Assembly: GCA_963799455.1 (NCBI GenBank)
Contig: CAWCXF010000007.1
Span: 99,221-163,220 of the forward strand
DNA: 64,000 nt
Reading direction: 5' to 3'
From: an uncultured Alphaproteobacteria bacterium
GTDB taxonomy: Bacteria > Pseudomonadota > Alphaproteobacteria > Rhodobacterales > Rhodobacteraceae
Shown here piece by piece: positions 59,525 through 64,000 of this stretch. Both the position numbers and the translations under genes were made by a program. The stretch's first letter is position 1, and the number at the start of each line of letters is the position of its first letter. The notes under the pieces were generated by a model. It saw only the letters and a list, made by a program, of their open reading frames with translations, did not search any database and had not been told where the DNA came from.

Positions 59525-60637
59525 ATGGGTCTATCAGTCGGCATTGTCGGGCTTCCAAACGTCGGAAAGTCCACGCTCTTCAACTCGCTCTCGTCGAAAC
59601 AACAGGCGGAGGCGGCAAACTACGCGTTCTGCACCATCGACCCCAATGTGGGCGTTGTTCAGGTGCCGGACCCACGCTTTGACGCCCTCGCCAAGCTCTT
59701 CAAGCCGGGCAAAGAGATCGGCGCCAGCGTCGACTTTGTCGACATCGCGGGGCTTGTCCGTGGCGCCTCCAAGGGAGAAGGCCGCGGAAACGCCTTCCTG
59801 ACCAACATCCGCGACACCGACGCCATCGCGCATGTCGTTCGCTGTTTCGTCGACGACAACATCGTTCACGTCGACAACCGCGTGGACCCACTCTCCGACA
59901 TCGAGACCATCGAGACCGAGTTAATCCTCAAGGACCTCGAGAGCGTTCAGAAGCGCCTCGACCGCGCGCGCCGGGCTTCCAAAGGCACGAATGCCATCGA
60001 GAAGAAGGCCGTCGTCGTCTGTGAAGCGCTGGAGAAGCTCCTCGACGAAGGCAAGCCCGCGAGCCTGTTCGATAAGTCGGACCTCGGCGAAGACGAACTC
60101 GCGATCATGCGCGATCTCTTTCTCATCACTGAGAAGCCCATGTTCTTCGTGGCGAACGTCAAAGAGGACCAGCTCGACGACATCGACAACGACCCCCTCG
60201 TCTCCAAGGTCAAAGCCTTGGGCGAAGAGCGCGGCGTCCCCGTGGTGGTCATCAGCGCCGCCATCGAAGCAGAGATCATGCAGCTCCCCGTCGAAGAGCG
60301 CGCAGAGTTCTTGGAGTCCCTCGGCCTGGAAGAGCCGGGCCTGAACCACGTGATCCGCACGGGTTATGCGATCCTCGATCTCATCACGTTCTTCACCTGT
60401 GGCGAGACCGAGGTGCACGCTTGGACTATTGAGCGCGGCACGAAGGCCCCCGGCGCCGCTGGAAAGATCCACACGGACTTCGAACGCGGGTTCATTCGTG
60501 CCGAAGTGATCGCTTCGGAAGACATGCTCGAGCTCGGAAGCGAGCAAGCGGTGAAGGCCGCGGGTAAGATGGGCGTCGAAGGCAAAGAGTATGTTGTGCG
60601 CGACGGCGACATCATGCACTTCCGCTTCAACGTCTGA
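59525..60637 (+). CDS. ychF: redox-regulated ribosome-binding ATPase YchF
   Basis: G1 motif GLPNVGKST, and a TGS domain at the C-terminus. Confidence 0.9.
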   Translation: MGLSVGIVGLPNVGKSTLFNSLSSKQQAEAANYAFCTIDPNVGVVQVPDPRFDALAKLFKPGKEIGASVDFVDIAGLVRGASKGEGRGNAFLTNIRDTDAIAHVVRCFVDDNIVHVDNRVDPLSDIETIETELILKDLESVQKRLDRARRASKGTNAIEKKAVVVCEALEKLLDEGKPASLFDKSDLGEDELAIMRDLFLITEKPMFFVANVKEDQLDDIDNDPLVSKVKALGEERGVPVVVISAAIEAEIMQLPVEERAEFLESLGLEEPGLNHVIRTGYAILDLITFFTCGETEVHAWTIERGTKAPGAAGKIHTDFERGFIRAEVIASEDMLELGSEQAVKAAGKMGVEGKEYVVRDGDIMHFRFNV

Positions 60638-60654
60638 GGCGCTAGTCCTTCTCC

Positions 60655-61341
60655 ATGGATGCACTCAACGCAGCGTGGGGAGCCTTTGTGGCGAAGGCAG
60701 GTTCGCAACCCGCAGTCGGCGGAAAAGCCGGTACCGAGTTTAGTGGGCTCGGTCCGTTGAAGGCCGGCGAAGCGGGGCCACGCGACGTTCGCGTGGGCAG
60801 CTTTACGTTCTTCCCCGGCGCGCCACGCGACGATATCGAGTTTGCGGACGACGCATTCTTGTTCGCGCAAAGCGAAACGCGTGCCCTCGTCGTGGACGAG
60901 GACGGGAAAATCAACGAGGTTCACATGGGAGGCGCGCACCCAGTGCCGTTTTCGTTGGCCGAAGTCCTTGAGCTCGCGACGCCCTTCGTCGGCGTCTCCC
61001 TCGAAGAGGTCGGCGAGACTGGCTTCCTGTCGCCAAGTACCGAAGCGGCGATGCGCGAGAGCCTCGGCGCCAAGTTCAACACCTCCGCCGATCTCTTCGG
61101 CGTGCCGCTCCTCGAAGGAGCACGTTCGGAACTCGAAGGGCGAATACGCGGAAGCCACATGCTCATCGTCGTCGCAGTCGTCTTGCTCTTGGGGATCGTC
61201 CTCATCGCCACGGCCGTCAGCAGCGTCGTGATGAAGGTGGCCGTGTCCCTGATGCTCGGCTGCGTCCCCGTGACGCTGATCGTGATGGGCCTGCGTAGCC
61301 GGGCCAAAGCGCAAGAAGAGCTGCTCCGATTGCCGAGCTAG
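60655..61341 (+). CDS. hypothetical membrane-anchored protein
   Basis: 228 aa with a C-terminal transmembrane helix. Confidence 0.35.
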   Translation: MDALNAAWGAFVAKAGSQPAVGGKAGTEFSGLGPLKAGEAGPRDVRVGSFTFFPGAPRDDIEFADDAFLFAQSETRALVVDEDGKINEVHMGGAHPVPFSLAEVLELATPFVGVSLEEVGETGFLSPSTEAAMRESLGAKFNTSADLFGVPLLEGARSELEGRIRGSHMLIVVAVVLLLGIVLIATAVSSVVMKVAVSLMLGCVPVTLIVMGLRSRAKAQEELLRLPS

Positions 61342-61401
61342 ATCAAGTCATCTCGGCCGCAAAGGCAACGTCGTTGAGCTCTAACGCGTTTCGCAATCGA
61401 C

Positions 61402-61710
61402 CTAACGCGTTTCACAGTCGACGATGGCTTCGAACACTGAAGAAGGCGAGCCAGTGCGCGTGATGACGCTCTCTTCTTCGCCGGACGCCACGTTGATGCT
61501 CTGGGGCTGCGGCGTCACGTCCGTCGACACGCGGCAGCGGACGCCTTCTTCGCAGGTGTTGCGAACAGTCACGATGTGGTGGTGGCCATAGCCGCGGTAC
61601 GGCGCTGACTTTCGTACCTCGACGCAGCGCGGCCCTTCCACTTCGTCCGCCATCGCACCGAAGGGGGCCACGAGGAGAGCTCCTAGGATTAACATCATCG
61701 TCCGCGCCAT
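61402..61710 (-). CDS. small secreted Cys-rich protein
   Basis: Signal peptide and 6 cysteines. Confidence 0.4.
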   Translation of the reverse strand: MARTMMLILGALLVAPFGAMADEVEGPRCVEVRKSAPYRGYGHHHIVTVRNTCEEGVRCRVSTDVTPQPQSINVASGEEESVITRTGSPSSVFEAIVDCETR

Positions 61711-62044
61711 GCCTTAGAGTGCGCGTCGAAGGAGATGAGCGCAACTCCGTGGCGGTCCTAATGGCTTAGCCGTCCGAAGGGCGATGCGCGGATGGACTTT
61801 GAGTCGCCGCGCGAGCTACGCCACCGTTTGTTGCTCTTGCAACACCGTCAAGGGGACGTTTGCTTTGAGCGCGCTCGGTGTCCTCCGTCCTCGCTTTCGT
61901 CTGAACCGACTCCCCTTCCCCGGTCCTTCGAGAAGGGTAGGGAGGTTCGGCTTGACGTAGAGCTAGGGAACGCGATGCTCGCGTGCCAACCGCTTCGGGC
62001 ACGAGCTTGATGCGACCATCCTACCTTTCAAACAGGCTACCACG

Positions 62045-62587
62045 GTGACCAGCCGACTTCTGCCCCTACTCTACTGCCTTCTCTTTGCTTGCGTCTCCCA
62101 AACGCAGACAAGTCACGAGTCAGCCCTCGACCTGAACCCGTCTTTTCGTACCTACGCGGTGCTCAGTCACGCCGTGGGCCAGCGCGCGTCCATCGATGGC
62201 GAACTTGAAACCGCCATCCACGCCCGTCTCGGCGAGCTCAACTATGAGCGTGTGCCGGCAAGCGAAGCGGATCTCCTCATCAGCTACAAGTTGCTTCTCT
62301 CCAACGAACGACGTGTCGCTGTAGCCCCACTGCACGGTCCGCCCATGGCGCCCGTTGGCGACGTCGGCAACTTTGGCGGCGACGAGATCTTCGTCGAGCC
62401 CGCCTACATAGACGAAGGCTCACAGGAAAAGGTCTTGCTCGTCCTCATCCAGGAGCGGCGAACGATGCGAACGCTGTGGCTCGGATGGGCCAGTGGTCGC
62501 GTTGCCAGTGACGACATCGACGCTCGCACTCTTGCGGCGCTCTCCGACGTCCTCGCGCGATTGCCGCCTGCCGAGAACGTGAACTGA
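62045..62587 (+). CDS. hypothetical lipoprotein
   Basis: Lipobox LFAC. Confidence 0.4.
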   Translation: MTSRLLPLLYCLLFACVSQTQTSHESALDLNPSFRTYAVLSHAVGQRASIDGELETAIHARLGELNYERVPASEADLLISYKLLLSNERRVAVAPLHGPPMAPVGDVGNFGGDEIFVEPAYIDEGSQEKVLLVLIQERRTMRTLWLGWASGRVASDDIDARTLAALSDVLARLPPAENVN

Positions 62588-62599
62588 TCCACCCGCACG

Positions 62600-63249
62600 A
62601 CGCCGTCAAGCAGCCGCTTCACCACCCGATCTCCAGATCCCGGAGGTCTCACCACCCGGACGAACATCCAGTTACTCTCAAGACCCGTATTCACGCGCAT
62701 CCAGAAGCCTCTCACCGTCATCAACTGGAATGCTGTGGGACTGGGTGACGCTTGGTGTGAACTACGGCTTTCCGCGCATCACCAAGAAGGTACCCTCCGT
62801 CCTCGTCGCCCTCGTCGTGGGAACAGGACGGCCATGGTCGCGGGTCTGGGTGTTCCCACCATTGAAACCCGAAGACCCCCTGGGATGACGAGAAGCCACT
62901 TGGCGAACACCCGTCGATCTACATCAAGCATCTCTACGGACCGCTGTTCTTTGGCTTCAGCGCGGGATTTCGAGATTTGGCTGACCGTTTGCCGGAAGGG
63001 ACAAACACCCTCGTCGTCCGAATGGAGCGTGTTCCCTACCTCGACGAGTCTGGACTCTACACCTTGGAGGACTCCATCTTGCGCCTTGCGCAAAAAGGTA
63101 CGACGGTCCTTCTCACGGGAGTGGGCGAATACTCGCTCAACATGCTCCAACGGATTGGGCTCGTACCCAATCTCGTGAGCGAAGACGAGATTTTTAGAGA
63201 TTTCGACGAGTGCATCGCGTGGCTGCGTAAGAAAAGACCCCTATCATGA
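62600..63249 (+). pseudogene. SulP-family anion transporter remnant: frameshifted last TM segments plus an intact C-terminal STAS domain
   Basis: VPSVLVALVVGTG in one frame; IYIKHLYGPLFFGFSAGF...TNTLVVRMERVPYLDESGL...LTGV...LVPNLV STAS signature in the next. Confidence 0.6.
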
Positions 63250-63719
63250 CCAGAGTGCCCCCATGCTATTCAGTTTTCATGCTTGCGAGTGCCTTGGGGT
63301 GCGGCGGCGCTCAGGCGGCGCCTAGGGAGCAAGCCTTCGTCCAAGACCATTATGACATCTCCAGCCATAGCGGGGGGCACGTCACCGTCGGTCTTCGCGT
63401 CGTTCTGGACGAGAATACGGACGGTTCGCGCACGCATCTCGAAGCCGTCATCGTCGACCTCAATGGCGACGAGACCACGACGGACCTGGGTGAATACGAT
63501 GGACGAGTGACCCTTGTCGAGCCGACTGCCACGGAGATTGGCCACCTGCAGCTTGTCGAAGGCGCCATCGTCCACGACCTCGTGCTGATAGAAACCCCAG
63601 ACCACCAGCGGCTCCAGCTACGCCTCGACGGTGTCATCGTGCGCGAGATTCCGCTTCCGGAGCACGAGGTCGTCGATCCGCAGTCTCCGTTTCTTCTGCG
63701 CCCACCTTTCAGCGACTGA
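63246..63719 (+). CDS. hypothetical lipoprotein
   Basis: Lipobox ALGCGG. Confidence 0.4.
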   Translation: MTRVPPCYSVFMLASALGCGGAQAAPREQAFVQDHYDISSHSGGHVTVGLRVVLDENTDGSRTHLEAVIVDLNGDETTTDLGEYDGRVTLVEPTATEIGHLQLVEGAIVHDLVLIETPDHQRLQLRLDGVIVREIPLPEHEVVDPQSPFLLRPPFSD

Positions 63720-63869
63720 CGACGTCCCGGCGAATAGAGTTCCGCATGGGTGCAGGGCGGGCTGCACGGCGGGCCGCCCTGCACGCCAGCGATGCACGCG
63801 GTCTAGCCCACTGCAAGCGCGGACGTACTGCGGTTGACCAATGCAGGTCAACACACCAAGGCAGGAGTA

Positions 63870-64000
63870 ATGACGCGATTCTCAAGCATATTGGTCGCTG
63901 TGGATGGTGGGACTCGAGACCGGGCAGCAATCGAGCAGGCGCTTGCGCTGGCGCAGCTCAACAATGCGCGGGTGACGGTGATCTGTGCGAGCGACAAGTT
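63870..64000 (+). CDS. uspA: universal stress protein, 3'-truncated by window edge
   Basis: AGGAG RBS then MTRFSSILVAVDGG... Confidence 0.6.
   Translation, partial: MTRFSSILVAVDGGTRDRAAIEQALALAQLNNARVTVICASDK

Overview
Scope: I have no tools, so everything here rests on reading the supplied ORF translations and the raw sequence by eye. The window appears to be a composite of two unrelated genomic backgrounds joined at about 26.9-27.0 kb.

Block 1 (1 to ~26.9 kb):
- Moderate-GC alphaproteobacterial (Sphingomonadales-like) housekeeping DNA.
- Recognisable genes: dapB 3' end, nth, a DAACS symporter, dapE, a GST, a VOC protein, engB, yidC, yidD, rnpA, rpmH, comM/yifB, a TonB-family protein, an HxlR regulator, a HAD hydrolase, rpmJ, galE, an M14 carboxypeptidase, cdd, a GH25 lysozyme, UPF0262, dnaB, a PLD/cardiolipin-synthase-like enzyme, rpoZ, a ParA-like ATPase, a DUF3667 protein, and a 5'-truncated ftsH.

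Block 2 (~26.9 to 64 kb):
- Very GC3-rich, Myxococcota-like DNA.
- The most interesting locus is a tightly packed minus-strand operon: an NfeD/YqiJ-like membrane protein, a 709-aa flotillin (YqiK-like SPFH), and a giant (>1,300 aa) coiled-coil protein ending in a P-loop/AAA-type ATPase module. Its 3' kilobase carries many frameshifts and is cut off at the junction.
- Upstream on the same strand are tamB and a tamA-like Omp85 gene that carries a hexanucleotide microsatellite, plus a GGR-family FAD oxidoreductase / GT2 / DUF2064 trio.
- Further on are an SDR, a low-GC island with tRNA fragments (including a tRNA-Lys(UUU) 5' half), a second SPFH protein, and a palindromic repeat element flanking a lipoprotein gene.
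- Also present: a frameshifted GH43 hydrolase, a rhodanese, a DUF3556 membrane protein, an AgmX/PglI-type tandem-domain protein, a PhoR-like kinase and OmpR-like regulator bracketing four small secreted-protein genes, an FKBP, ychF, a SulP/STAS remnant and the start of uspA.

Sequence quality: several conserved genes (yidC, rnpA, GH43, the giant ATPase, possibly DUF3667) show single-base frame breaks. Together with the chimeric join this suggests an indel-prone or misassembled contig rather than a field of genuine pseudogenes.

No CRISPR array, rRNA or intact tRNA was found.
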